Positions 11,101-19,221 of a DNA stretch of 64,000 bases are shown in pieces. The notes beneath the pieces are model-generated. The model did no database searches. It saw only the letters and a program-made list of their open reading frames with translations, and was not told where the DNA came from. Numbering within the stretch: the first letter of the stretch is position 1; each line of letters begins with the position of its first letter. The stretch comes from Candidatus Onthomorpha sp. (lineage in GTDB: Bacteria; Bacteroidota; Bacteroidia; Bacteroidales; P3). The position numbers and the translations under genes were made by a program. The DNA lies in NCBI GenBank assembly GCA_045645265.1, contig JAZRIM010000006.1:2000-65999 (forward strand). The letters are read 5' to 3'.

Positions 11101-11488
11101 AAGGAATTTGAAAATCTACATTATGCCAACCTGTTCCTGAAATGGTTAATGAACCTGTGTAAACAGATGTAAAGTTTGGAGTAAGCAATAATGTACTGCT
11201 TTCAAATGCTTGTGTAGAAGTTTCGCCAATAAGCACTTCTATCTCAAATGTACGTGTACCTGCTGTATTTTCTGCAAGATACCAACTTATACCAGAAAGA
11301 ATACCTGGTGTAAGCTCTGATGATAGGTAAATACTTTGAGAATAAGAATAGTTAAATCCTGTTTGAATCAATGCTGTTGATTGATTCGTGTTAGGAAAAG
11401 CTACTGTGTCTCTCAAAGATTCTTCTTGGGCTTTAAGCCCTATGACAACACATAGTGCCATAATTACTAAAAGAAATCTTTTCTTCAT
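5159..11488 (-). CDS. Giant T9SS-secreted surface protein (2109 aa) with FN3 and beta-sandwich supermodules and a type-A C-terminal sorting domain
   Basis: The ORF track gives 2125 aa. I move the start to ATG 11488 (MKKRFLLVIMALCVVIGLKAQ signal peptide) because TTG 11536 sits at the predicted TSS of the -7 box at 11542-11549. About 2.5 copies of a ~540-aa supermodule are present: FN3, a PWSEDF-type jelly roll, an FN3-like domain, and an ISNDGG...FDWK...DY beta-sandwich. These are followed by four tandem FN3 domains. The C-terminus LYPNPA...GVYYIRI...KLIVE is typical of a T9SS CTD (about 5162-5404). Confidence 0.9.
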   Translation of the reverse strand: MKKRFLLVIMALCVVIGLKAQEESLRDTVAFPNTNQSTALIQTGFNYSYSQSIYLSSELTPGILSGISWYLAENTAGTRTFEIEVLIGETSTQAFESSTLLLTPNFTSVYTGSLTISGTGWHNVDFQIPYVYTGANNLVVAVRASMGQYFYSTAWGMGAEYATPAIRTLYTARDSRAVTPEDPAGVYTTTLVPSAIFTRLPEGSSVCLPVQNLAFSNTDQVSTTASWSNPNGEGTTFTVSYRLPGEESFTTLGTTSDTIYEITGLTSSTVYEVQVVANCGEDSQSFPTFASFNTACTPVETFPWSEDFATNFVQGSIGGTVPHHCWINVNGGNATYRWGGVATRSSLMGYFSTSESISNSDWLMFPAMEFTGTEAVTFSIDKDNASDRVTFDIYYLDVTNGDVTSEADTTNFTYLATVLSDENTPSGETFQVLLTNVENTARIAFVNKTANPSFYIPQVTIEEVECPDVYGFNAIVSNVDAIQVNLNTLNHEGSGWVVAYGTADSIQNFNPATAETITINDAAEFPYLIQGLTPGATYYLAAKQNCDGEFSEPIAVTLPQAGTVAVAPFTQNYNEIGNAPEAQFVNGTINAWTHGSATNNPEGEGGAIYISNDGGMTNAYTTNVESRNYFTTLVAFPTDGSVAFRISFDWKCYGEGTAYDYLKVYMVPVEYELSHGNEPASRYAITGNLNGSTNWNTKNITLDAAGRLGTMQKLVFMWRNDYSNGNPPPAAIDNLSITSLSCIAPASIAYQRTENPSEMIINITSSNPTETTYQIEYKPVSADEWQTETSTELSYTLTGLELGTEYEYRVAALCDGNMTDYVSGSFITNCAAVQELPYTNSFSGIFTGTGIGISGPLCWINLSSESNYKWSTTRQEADEASNDGDRYALAYNGDSYGDSRPFVSEWIFTPAFEFDGEQRLQFETALYYGWEREVTLDIFALDVSENDLTSRADTANATYLTSVTIAGSAWSEKEIILSNVETTARLAFAIRHNAARFYIDNLRINQAPPCPDVHGLAATTPDGSSIVVTFDTLGAENGWIVAYAPASANFNPETATQITIASGATFPYTIATDVDGGNYTIAVKQNCEGAYWSNPVNLFIPIVNAVPYTEDFDNVATITEWSVVAPNSAYAGSLNKWCHGIVANNTTDEAGNLTTGGAFYVSSDNGATNEYNGYTTTISTLSTFLAFENDLSWELSFDWKGRGEYYYDYMEVYLLPLGASLPTSTYSSHKIGESKYQQSDDWTRETIILGQEYANSVYQLVFLWYNDNMTATNPAIAVDNISVSLRTCFEISDLTAIASEGTDGMQATISFTDTINQGANYLLEYKLRSESTWTSVSEITNPYVLTGLNAGAEYDVRVKTLCSATESSMFVSTTFNTPCASLTAPWTEGFESGTYNSSNCWYYANGELTENINLEYTTDYVWTINGVSIDYNGTNKMYYNLWGSNKHKWMVTPSIDLGDTNTQLYQFSFDIAARDYNNMNTITFEDDDKIAVVVSTDDGLTWSSANAIIFANADADTEHNLTDITTSLSRKTMLLQDANGTPLSGRIKIGIYTSTLSGSSDVNIFLDNFEVNLAGESSPCVQPTALLIEEENITANSAILSWTSNGSECGWEVRLGENGIIENSTIPYYQFDNLTPNTTYTVYVRSVCNAANRSEWDSIQFTTLMVIPCEAPTNVTATNVTATTAEITWTGASDTYELRVNAGAVESLTTTSKTLTNLNPSASYTVEVRAVCDDQTSDWVSVSFITLEPAPCDAPTALSASNITETTAEITWTGTASTYELKVNGGEAETLTTTTKSLTGLTANTAYTVEVRAVCEEQTSDWVSTTFTTLAPAPEPCDAPTDLTASNITETSAEITWNGTATTYEFKLNGGEAETLTTTTKTLTGLTENTAYTVEVRSICEDQTSDWVSTNFTTIAAPIVIVLGEVTTSPATNVGNTSATLNGALVNAGESENFTVGFALATVADFTLETAEVQNITSTLSESAFTATVNDLVEGQTYFYRAYITNEAGTAYGAVETFTLSGLADELANSLQVSLYPNPAQDNATMEIVGLDQDAKIVISDLQGRILSQEEISAGTSRYTINVSNMASGVYYIRIVTDKAVSTQKLIVE
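5735..6487 (-). repeat. Three tandem FN3-coding units (249/255/249 bp) of high DNA similarity; a fourth, more diverged unit extends to about 6751
   Basis: Protein units PC(D/E)APT...AEITW.G...YE(L/F)(K/R)(V/L)N.G..E(S/T)LTTT.K(T/S)LT.L...(A/S)YTVEVR..C..QTSDWVS. The repeat also shows up as three similar spurious plus-strand ORFs (5820-6071, 6075-6320, 6351-6563). Confidence 0.9.
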
Positions 11489-11541
11489 TTTTTTACTTAT
11501 AAATTTATAATTAAACTTTATTTTCTCAAAAAACAAAGTTG

Positions 11542-11549
11542 CAAAGATA
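11542..11549 (-). promoter_or_regulatory. -7 box TATCTTTG for the giant gene
   Basis: Plus-strand CAAAGATA is the reverse complement of TAnnTTTG. It lies 54 nt upstream of ATG 11488. Confidence 0.55.
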
Positions 11550-11584
11550 CTGCTTTTTGCAGAATAATAGACAATTAAGGAAGA

Positions 11585-13120
11585 TTATTTTAATATTTGA
11601 GATATTTTTTCGGCTGCATTTACCCCGTCAATAGCAGAAGAAGTTATTCCACCTGCATATCCTGCTCCCTCTCCACAAGGGAAAAGCATAGAAATTTGAG
11701 GGTGTTGTAAACTTTCTTTATCTCTTAGTATTCTAACAGGAGAAGATGTACGAGATTCCAAGCCTATCATTGTTGCAGAACTACTAACAAATCCTTTGAT
11801 TCTTCTATCGAATACTTTAAATCCTTCTCTTAAAGTTTCAGCAACGAATTTAGGTAAATAATCATTCATATTGCAAGCATACAAACCACTTGGATAAGAT
11901 GTAGAACCAATATTATGTGATTTTTTATTTTTCATAAAATCACTTATTCTTTGAGCTGGTGCTACTTGATTTTGTATGTACATTTTTTGTTCACACTCTT
12001 GTTGAAACCTCATCAAAGAAAGTTCTGGTTGCTTTGTATATTCCTTTACATCTTGTGGCGAAATGCTTACTACTATTCCACTGTTTGCAAAAGCAGAACC
12101 CCTATTTGAAGAACTCATTCCATTTACAACAAGAGAACCTTTTTCTGTTGAAGCAGGTATTATCATACCACCAGGACACATACAAAAAGAAAATACCCCT
12201 CTATCCTTTACATTATGGACTAATGAATAAGAAGCAGGAGGGAGTAATCTTGCTATGCTTTTATTATTGTATTGAGAATTATTGATTAACTCTTGACTAT
12301 GTTCAACTCTGACACCCATTGCAAAAGGTTTTGCTTCTATTGTCCAACCCTTTTCTGCAAATAAATGATATATATCTCTTGCAGAATGTCCTGTTGCGAG
12401 TATAACAGCTTTTGCTTCAATTGTTGTGTTGTCAGAAGTCTTTACTCCATATATAGTGTTATCCTTTACGAGAAAATCTATTACTTTTGTATTAAAAAGA
12501 TATTCACCTCCACATTTAAGAATCGTTTCTCTTATGTTTTTTATTATTCGAGAAAGTTTGTCTGTTCCTATATGAGGGTGAGCTTCCGTTAAAATATTTT
12601 CATCAGCTCCGTGAAAGACAAAAGTTTCTAATATTTCGTTTATATTTCCTTTCTTTGTAGAACGAGTATATAATTTACCATCGGAAAAAGTCCCTGCTCC
12701 ACCTTCGCCAAAGCACCAATTACTCTCCTCATTCAAGTCTTGATTTCTTGCAATAATAGCAATATCTTTTTTTCTCTCGCTTACAGGTTTCCCTCTTTCT
12801 ATTATTATTGGCTTAAATCCTTTTTCTAAAAGTTTGAGTGCAGCAAACAATCCTGCGGGACCAGCTCCAACAACAATAACTCTTTGAGCCTTATTAACAT
12901 CTTTATAATCACGTTCAATAGGATTTTCCTTAATAGGGCTATCACTAATTAACATTTTTAGTCGAAAAACAGGTTGGTTTCTCGCATCAATACTTTTACG
13001 GAGAATTTTATAGTGTAATTCACTTGGTTTTATGCCAAAAGAAGAAGAGATTTTCTTTTTAAACTCTTCCTCAACAAAGAAAATGTCGCAAGGACAAGAT
13101 GTTTCTATTACCTTTTCCAC
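11585..13120 (-). CDS. FAD-dependent dehydrogenase of the COG2509 type
   Basis: Dinucleotide-binding motif VIVVGAGPAGLFAALKL. C-terminal CGEGAGYAGGITSSAIDG motif, 511 aa. Confidence 0.75.
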   Translation of the reverse strand: MEKVIETSCPCDIFFVEEEFKKKISSSFGIKPSELHYKILRKSIDARNQPVFRLKMLISDSPIKENPIERDYKDVNKAQRVIVVGAGPAGLFAALKLLEKGFKPIIIERGKPVSERKKDIAIIARNQDLNEESNWCFGEGGAGTFSDGKLYTRSTKKGNINEILETFVFHGADENILTEAHPHIGTDKLSRIIKNIRETILKCGGEYLFNTKVIDFLVKDNTIYGVKTSDNTTIEAKAVILATGHSARDIYHLFAEKGWTIEAKPFAMGVRVEHSQELINNSQYNNKSIARLLPPASYSLVHNVKDRGVFSFCMCPGGMIIPASTEKGSLVVNGMSSSNRGSAFANSGIVVSISPQDVKEYTKQPELSLMRFQQECEQKMYIQNQVAPAQRISDFMKNKKSHNIGSTSYPSGLYACNMNDYLPKFVAETLREGFKVFDRRIKGFVSSSATMIGLESRTSSPVRILRDKESLQHPQISMLFPCGEGAGYAGGITSSAIDGVNAAEKISQILK

Positions 13121-13125
13121 GATTT

Positions 13126-13830
13126 TTATTCAAAAGTAAGATTTATATAAAAGACTTGCGTTCTTATTTTATCCAATACATCTGAATACATTGTATGAAA
13201 CTCAGGAATAAGTATGTTTGTTAGAGAGTAAGATGTCTTTAATTCTATACCAAACTTAAAATAAGGTAAATAAAAGTCCACTCCTGCTCCCAATGTATAG
13301 AATATTTCCGAATTATCTATTTTTAACATTACATCCTCTGGGTTTGCTTTTTTACGTTTGATTGAACCCAAATCGTAAGTATATTTTCCACCGGCAATCA
13401 GATAAGGTCTTATATCTCGCCAACGTTTAGAGCGGATTTTAAATTCCAAAGGCATTTCTACATATATTGCTTCTAAGGAAGTACTTTTTATGCTAAACTC
13501 ATTATTTTTATATTCATAGAAATTCAATCTTCTATCTCCAAACGTTACACCAGGAGTAAAACGAAGATTTAACCAATCCAATAATCGCAAATCAGAAACG
13601 AACATCAACTGAAAACCACTATTTCTATCAGAGTCAAAACCCATAATAGTATCTTGAAAAGGAGGATTTTCTTTCCCAATCATATTAGAATAAAACTGAT
13701 TGTATCCAAAAGATATTCCAAAATGTGCGACTTTCTTGTCATAATGTGGCATATTTGGGGGAGCGGATTGAGAAAATAATTCACTGGAAAAAATTATTAA
13801 AACAGCGATTAAATTTAATAGTTTCCTCAT
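13126..13830 (-). CDS. PorT-like / OMP_b-brl_2 outer-membrane beta-barrel protein
   Basis: Signal peptide MRKLLNLIAVLIIFSSELFSQ. About 230 aa with alternating aromatic/hydrophobic beta-strand pattern and a C-terminal ...YINLTFE. The assignment to the PorT family itself is tentative. Confidence 0.5.
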   Translation of the reverse strand: MRKLLNLIAVLIIFSSELFSQSAPPNMPHYDKKVAHFGISFGYNQFYSNMIGKENPPFQDTIMGFDSDRNSGFQLMFVSDLRLLDWLNLRFTPGVTFGDRRLNFYEYKNNEFSIKSTSLEAIYVEMPLEFKIRSKRWRDIRPYLIAGGKYTYDLGSIKRKKANPEDVMLKIDNSEIFYTLGAGVDFYLPYFKFGIELKTSYSLTNILIPEFHTMYSDVLDKIRTQVFYINLTFE

Positions 13831-13846
13831 ATAATTTTCTTATTCT

Positions 13847-14842
13847 TTATCTTAATAATTCAGACAATAGTTTGCTTTTATCAATAGGCACTACTCCTAC
13901 ACTTTCACAGACAAGTCCTCCTGCAACATTACTAACATTTGCTATTGTGTAACTATCCAATCCTAATGCTAAACAAAGACTTGCAAGACTTATCACAGTA
14001 TCTCCTGCGCCTGAAACATCTGAAATCTTTCTCAAACAAGCAGGAAGCATTGACACCTCAGCTTCTTTTTTAGAGAAATCCATCATAAATACCCCTCTTT
14101 CGCTGAGTGTAATAAATATCTTGTCTATTTTTTGTTTATGATGAAGAAGTAGTGAGGCCTCTACAAGGACATCTTTATCTACATTATCGAAATCAATCTT
14201 TAAACCTTCTTTCAATTCTTTCAAATTAGGTTTAAATAAATCTACATTTTTATATGCTGTAAAATTTCTTTTCTTTGGATCAACTGTTATTGGTATATTT
14301 TTTCTTTTTGCAATTTCTGTTATTTTTGTAATTACTCCTTCTGTAATTACTCCTTTATCATAGTCTTGAAATATTATCGCATTGATTTTTTCTGTGTTTA
14401 TAATATTCTCTATTTTCTCCACAAAAATATTTTCTTCCGACAAAGAAATATTTACATCTGTTTCTTCATCTATTCTAAGCATTTGTGCTTTATTCCCTAT
14501 GATACGAGTTTTTACCGTTGTTGGTCTATTAGATGAAAAAACTATTCCTTTTGTATTCATATTTTGCTTTTTCATCAACTCACACAATTGATGACCCGGG
14601 TAATCTTCTCCTACAACAGAACAAAGTATTGGATTTGCTCCCATTGCTGCAATATTCAATGCAACATTTGCTGCTCCACCTAATCTATTTTCTTTTTTAC
14701 CAACTGCACACACAGGAACAGGTGCCTCCGGCGAAATTCTATTAACATCTCCCCACCAATAAGCATCTATCATTACATCTCCTATTATGAGAATGCTTAA
14801 AGAATTAAATTTATCGAAAACTTTTACAAAATCTATTACCAT
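13847..14842 (-). CDS. PfkB-family sugar kinase, D-glycero-beta-D-manno-heptose-7-phosphate kinase type (RfaE/HldE domain I)
   Basis: Motifs GGAANVALNIAAMG and DVSGAGDTV (PfkB signature), 331 aa. Confidence 0.7.
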   Translation of the reverse strand: MVIDFVKVFDKFNSLSILIIGDVMIDAYWWGDVNRISPEAPVPVCAVGKKENRLGGAANVALNIAAMGANPILCSVVGEDYPGHQLCELMKKQNMNTKGIVFSSNRPTTVKTRIIGNKAQMLRIDEETDVNISLSEENIFVEKIENIINTEKINAIIFQDYDKGVITEGVITKITEIAKRKNIPITVDPKKRNFTAYKNVDLFKPNLKELKEGLKIDFDNVDKDVLVEASLLLHHKQKIDKIFITLSERGVFMMDFSKKEAEVSMLPACLRKISDVSGAGDTVISLASLCLALGLDSYTIANVSNVAGGLVCESVGVVPIDKSKLLSELLR

Positions 14843-14843
14843 T

Positions 14844-15857
14844 TTAGTATGCAGAAATTTCTCCTCTCAAATTAGATTTTAACATCTGTTTTATTTCTAT
14901 TGGTTCTTCATAATTACCAAGAACAAACATCATCTTAGCAAGCGCTGCCTCTGTTGTTATATCTCCTCCAGAAATAACCCCCATCTCCAACAATGCAGTA
15001 GAAGCCTCATAATGTCCCATGACCACACTACCAGCTTTACACTGCGTAACATTCATAACATAAACGCCTCTTTCAATTGCATTTTTTATAGCAGAGATGA
15101 ACCATCGGCTCGTAGGAGCATTACCACTTCCATATGTTTCTAAAACAACTCCTTTTAGGTTTGGAATCGACAAAAAGGTTTCTAAATGTTCTTTTTGAAG
15201 AGCAGGATGAACCTTTATTACAACTATTTGTTCACACATTTTATTATAAACTTTCAACGGCTTATCATTCCTCATGTGTATCAAATGTTGTTTATAACTA
15301 ATATTTATTCCAACCTTTGCCAAAGAAGGATAATTACCAGAATAAAACGCTTCAAAATGTTCCGCATTTATTTTTGTAGTACGATTGCCTCTAAACAGCT
15401 TATTTTCAAAGAAAATACATACCTCAGGAATATTTATACTTTCATTAGCCGCTATTTCCACAGCAGAAATTATATTTTCCCTTCCATCAGTTCTAATCAT
15501 ACCCAAAGGTAATTGACTTCCTGTTATAATAATTGGTTTTGATAAATTTTCTATTAAGAAACTCAATGCAGACGCAGTATAACTCATCGTATCTGTTCCG
15601 TGAAGAACCACAAAACCATCATAACTTTCATACTCTTTTTTTATCAAATCCGCCAATCTTATCCAAACATCTGAATGCATATCAGAAGAATCAATTATTG
15701 GATTAAATTGAATCGTATCTATTACACAATCCAATTCCTTTAAAACAGGTAAAGCCTCGTAAATCTTCTTCATATCAAAAGGATACAAAGCCCCTGTCTT
15801 TTTATCTTTCACCATTCCAATGGTACCACCTGTGTAGATAACTAATATTTTTTTCAT
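14844..15857 (-). CDS. ansA: Type I L-asparaginase
   Basis: ILVIYTGGTIGM and VLHGTDTM motifs. The start is moved to ATG 15857 (MKKILV...) because the track start TTG 15887 abuts the -7 box 15877-15884 and so lies upstream of the TSS. Confidence 0.85.
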   Translation of the reverse strand: MKKILVIYTGGTIGMVKDKKTGALYPFDMKKIYEALPVLKELDCVIDTIQFNPIIDSSDMHSDVWIRLADLIKKEYESYDGFVVLHGTDTMSYTASALSFLIENLSKPIIITGSQLPLGMIRTDGRENIISAVEIAANESINIPEVCIFFENKLFRGNRTTKINAEHFEAFYSGNYPSLAKVGINISYKQHLIHMRNDKPLKVYNKMCEQIVVIKVHPALQKEHLETFLSIPNLKGVVLETYGSGNAPTSRWFISAIKNAIERGVYVMNVTQCKAGSVVMGHYEASTALLEMGVISGGDITTEAALAKMMFVLGNYEEPIEIKQMLKSNLRGEISAY

Positions 15858-15876
15858 AACTACATTAGAAATGTGG

Positions 15877-15884
15877 CAAAGATA
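15877..15884 (-). promoter_or_regulatory. -7 box TATCTTTG for ansA operon
   Basis: Plus-strand CAAAGATA, 19 nt upstream of ATG 15857. Confidence 0.55.
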
Positions 15885-15918
15885 CAAAAAAATGTTTGTG
15901 TGTTACGAATTATTATTG

Positions 15919-15926
15919 TAATTTTG
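15919..15926 (+). promoter_or_regulatory. -7 box TAATTTTG for the DUF1573 pair
   Basis: Matches TAnnTTTG, 27 nt upstream of ATG 15954. Divergent from the ansA promoter. Confidence 0.55.
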
Positions 15927-15953
15927 CCGTTATAATATTACGAACAAAGAAAA

Positions 15954-16367
15954 ATGCAATCATTAAATAGATTATTCGGAATATTTTTTGTTGTTTTGAT
16001 GTTAAGTTTAACTTCAAAATCTCAGTCATTACAAAGCAATGCTCCTATTGCAGAGTTTGATATAATTTCTTATGATTTTGGGGAAGTTTTACAAGGTAAG
16101 GAAACTATCGCTGTCTTTACCTTAACAAACAAAGGAAATGCCCCTTTAGTCATAGAGGACATTAAAGTTTCATGTGGCTGTACCTTAGTAGAATGGTCAC
16201 AAGATCCCATTTTGCCAGAACAATCCTCCGAAATTATAGTAAAATACAACACTAACATAATAGGAACTATCAAACGAAGCATTGTAGTAAACACAAACGA
16301 CAAAACACAAGAAAGGATACTTTTAATGCTAACGGGAAATGTTATTGCAATAAATAGTGATTATTAA
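15954..16367 (+). CDS. DUF1573-family secreted protein
   Basis: Signal peptide. Pattern FDFGEV..G......F.LTN.G..PLVI..(V)..SCGCT...W typical of DUF1573. Confidence 0.75.
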   Translation: MQSLNRLFGIFFVVLMLSLTSKSQSLQSNAPIAEFDIISYDFGEVLQGKETIAVFTLTNKGNAPLVIEDIKVSCGCTLVEWSQDPILPEQSSEIIVKYNTNIIGTIKRSIVVNTNDKTQERILLMLTGNVIAINSDY

Positions 16368-16384
16368 CTTAAAAAAATAAAACG

Positions 16385-16798
16385 ATGAAAAGATTTCTTT
16401 TATCAGCGATTTTTGTATTCGCTTTAATGTTAGGAGCCTCTGCTCAACAAGTAGGGAAACAAGATGTAAAACAAACAGAAACCACTTCTTTAGCTGAAAT
16501 AACTTTTGATAAGTTAGAACACGATTATGGTGAAGTAAAACAAAACGGGAATGGAGTTTGCGAATTTACATACACAAACACAGGTTCCGTTCCATTGGTT
16601 CTGTCAAAAGTTCGTTCATCTTGTGGTTGTACCGTTCCTAAATGGAGCAAAGAGCCTCTAATGCCAGGACAATCTGCAACAATTACTGTAAAATACAACA
16701 CAAGTAGCGTAGGACCAATCAACAAATCAATAACCGTTGAATCAAACGCAAAAACACCAAGAGTAAGACTATTGATAAAAGGTAAAGTAATTAAATAA
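16385..16798 (+). CDS. DUF1573-family secreted protein (tandem paralog)
   Basis: Same length (137 aa) and the same SCGCTVPKW core as the upstream gene. Confidence 0.75.
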   Translation: MKRFLLSAIFVFALMLGASAQQVGKQDVKQTETTSLAEITFDKLEHDYGEVKQNGNGVCEFTYTNTGSVPLVLSKVRSSCGCTVPKWSKEPLMPGQSATITVKYNTSSVGPINKSITVESNAKTPRVRLLIKGKVIK

Positions 16799-16812
16799 AC
16801 AGATATAAAGTT

Positions 16813-18015
16813 ATGTTAGAAATATCAAAAAAAGGACAAACCCTTCCAGCATCTGCAATTAGAAAATTAGTACCTTACGCAGAAGCAGCAAAAGAAAGAG
16901 GAATAAAAATACATCATTTAAACATCGGACAACCAGATATTGAAACCGCACCAGGAGCCTTAGATGCTCTAATAAAAGCGCCAAGAGATATTGTTGCTTA
17001 CACACACTCTGCAGGGAACATGTCTTATAGAAAGAAATTATGTAAATACTATGCAAAACATAATATAAACATAACTCCTGAAGAAATAATAATCACAGCA
17101 GGAGGTAGCGAAGCTCTACAATTTGCTTTCACAATCTGTTGTAACCCAGGAGACGAAGTTTTAATTCCAGAACCATACTACACAAACTACAACTCCTTTG
17201 CAATACTTTCAGATGCAGTTATCAAAACTGTTCCTTCAACAATAAAAGATGGTTTTGCCTTACCTACAATTGAAGAATTTGAAAAAGTAATCACACCAAA
17301 AACAAAAGCAATAATGATTTGTAATCCAAATAACCCTACAGGATATTTGTATTCAAAAGAAGAATTATTGTTATTAGGAGAAATAGCAAAAAAACACAAT
17401 CTATACTTATTTGCAGACGAAGTTTACAGAGAATTTTGCTACGATGGAAAACAACACTTCTCTGTAATGGAGATGGAAGATCTTTCACAACACGTAATTC
17501 TTTTAGACTCTGTAAGTAAAAGATACTCTGCTTGTGGAGCAAGAATAGGAGTAATCATTTCTAAAAATAAACAAATAATGAACGCTGCCCTAAGAATGGC
17601 CCAAGCAAGATTATGTGCACCATACTTTGGACAAATCTTTGGTGAGGCAGCAGTAGACACACCACAAGAATACTTTGACAAAGTAGCAGCAGAATACGAT
17701 TTAAGACGTAAAACTCTTGTAGAGGCAATAAATAAAATAGATGGTTGTTTCTGTCCAATGCCAACAGGAGCATTTTACACTATTTTAGAAATGCCAATAG
17801 ACGACTCAGACAAATTCTGTCAATGGTTATTAGAAGAATTCAACTATAACGGAGAAACAGTGATGCTTGCACCAGCAACAGGATTTTACTCTGACCCAGA
17901 AAAAGGACGCAAACAAGCAAGAATTACTTACTGCTTAAAAATAGAAGACCTAAAAGCAGCAGTAAAATGCTTAGAAGAAGCCCTAAAAGTATATCCAGGA
18001 AGAACAAACAAATAA
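16813..18015 (+). CDS. Class I/II pyridoxal-phosphate aminotransferase (aspartate aminotransferase-like)
   Basis: 400 aa. NPNNPTG and SVSKRYSACGARIG (PLP-lysine) motifs. Confidence 0.85.
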   Translation: MLEISKKGQTLPASAIRKLVPYAEAAKERGIKIHHLNIGQPDIETAPGALDALIKAPRDIVAYTHSAGNMSYRKKLCKYYAKHNINITPEEIIITAGGSEALQFAFTICCNPGDEVLIPEPYYTNYNSFAILSDAVIKTVPSTIKDGFALPTIEEFEKVITPKTKAIMICNPNNPTGYLYSKEELLLLGEIAKKHNLYLFADEVYREFCYDGKQHFSVMEMEDLSQHVILLDSVSKRYSACGARIGVIISKNKQIMNAALRMAQARLCAPYFGQIFGEAAVDTPQEYFDKVAAEYDLRRKTLVEAINKIDGCFCPMPTGAFYTILEMPIDDSDKFCQWLLEEFNYNGETVMLAPATGFYSDPEKGRKQARITYCLKIEDLKAAVKCLEEALKVYPGRTNK

Positions 18016-18037
18016 TAAAAATAACAATCACAACAAC

Positions 18038-18071
18038 AAAGCTGAGTCATCTAAAAATTTGATTCAGCTTT
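18038..18071 (+). terminator. Hairpin terminator after the aminotransferase gene
   Basis: AAAGCTGAGTC / GATTCAGCTTT arms (one G-U pair) followed by a T-rich tail. The track's TTG 18070 start of the next ORF lies inside the stem. Confidence 0.55.
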
Positions 18072-18090
18072 GTTTTATAAAAACATCAAG

Positions 18091-19143
18091 ATGAAAAAAA
18101 TAATAATCAGTCTGTTTATACTCCTATTTAGCAATAGTATATGCCTTTGTCAAAAATCCGACTCAATACTAAACAACGCTATATACCTAATAGACAAAGG
18201 CGAATTAGTAGAAGCAGAAAATAAAATAAAACAAGCAATATCAGAAGGCATAGACACACTACCCCTACACTATGAATTAGCTTGGATATACTACATAATG
18301 ACAGACTACGACAAAGCAATAGAAACCCTAACCCCACTTTGTCAAAGAGCAGAAGTCACACCTGATGTTTATCAATTATTAGGCAATGCCTATGACGAAA
18401 AAGGACAATTCAATTCCGCCATAACACAATACGACAAAGGCCTAAAAAAATTTCCAAACGCAGGTTGTCTATATCTTGAAAAAGGAAACATATCCTATAA
18501 GAATAACCGATACGAAGACGCCTTCTTTTACTACGAAAAAGGCATAGAATCAGATCCCGAATACGCATCTAACTATTATAGAGCCTCTCTCCTATTTTTT
18601 GCATCTACCGAAATGGTATGGGGAGCAATGTACGGAGAAATATTTATGAATCTTGAACAACATTCCGAAGACAGATGTAAAGAAATGAGTAAAACACTTT
18701 ACGACTGTTACTTTGACCAAATAAAATTTGAAAACAGAAAAGCCGAAGTAGATTTCAACAATCCTGTGATAGTTTACTCTAACTCAGAAGAAAGACCAAA
18801 TCTCTTTCCAGAAAGTTTTCGTTCAGCAATGACAAAAGCAGCAAAAGGATATAGATTTCTTGATTTAAACACACTTGTTCAAATAAGAAAGAAATTCATA
18901 ACCGAGTTTTATGCAAATTTCTCCGACTTTAACAACGTTTTGTTTGACTATCACAAAAAGATAATAGAAGCAGGACACTTTGAAGCCTACAACTATTGGC
19001 TATTTGCATACGGCAACAACGCACAAGCAAACAAATGGGTAAAAGAAAATCAAGGAAAATGGGATGCATTCTTAAAATGGAAGAAAGAAAACCCAATAAA
19101 AATAACCCAAGAAAACGTATTCTCACGCTATACAATGGAATAA
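18091..19143 (+). CDS. TPR-repeat protein with signal peptide
   Basis: The start is moved to ATG 18091 (MKKIIISLFILLFSNSICLCQ). Several 34-aa TPR-like repeats are present (YELAWIYY..DYDKAIE, YQLLGNAYDEKGQFNSAITQYDKGLK, etc.). Confidence 0.7.
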   Translation: MKKIIISLFILLFSNSICLCQKSDSILNNAIYLIDKGELVEAENKIKQAISEGIDTLPLHYELAWIYYIMTDYDKAIETLTPLCQRAEVTPDVYQLLGNAYDEKGQFNSAITQYDKGLKKFPNAGCLYLEKGNISYKNNRYEDAFFYYEKGIESDPEYASNYYRASLLFFASTEMVWGAMYGEIFMNLEQHSEDRCKEMSKTLYDCYFDQIKFENRKAEVDFNNPVIVYSNSEERPNLFPESFRSAMTKAAKGYRFLDLNTLVQIRKKFITEFYANFSDFNNVLFDYHKKIIEAGHFEAYNYWLFAYGNNAQANKWVKENQGKWDAFLKWKKENPIKITQENVFSRYTME

Positions 19144-19150
19144 AAAAAAC

Positions 19151-19197
19151 AAAACGCTCGTTTGTCAAAACAAAACAAAGACTCACGAGCGTTTTTT
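19151..19197. terminator. Bidirectional hairpin terminator, copy A of a 55-bp repeated element
   Basis: AAAACGCTCGT (19151-19161) / ACGAGCGTTTT (19185-19195) with a 23-nt loop, A-run on the left and T-run on the right. Nearly identical to 44411-44459. Confidence 0.7.
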
Positions 19198-19221
19198 AAA
19201 CATATAGTCAATCAAACATTA

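Noticed and set aside
11489-11536. N-terminal extensions proposed by the ORF track from alternative start codons. Affected starts: 11536, 15887, 18070, 27612, 38359 and 41869.
   Set aside because: In each case the upstream TTG lies within, at or upstream of a TAnnTTTG -7 box or inside a terminator stem, and an internal ATG begins a typical signal peptide or conserved N-terminus.
19151-19197. The 55-bp hairpin as the terminal inverted repeat of a transposon carrying the acyltransferase.
   Set aside because: The other end of each cassette (20740-20749, 46401-46410) shows no inverted copy of the hairpin. No target-site duplication is visible and there is no transposase.
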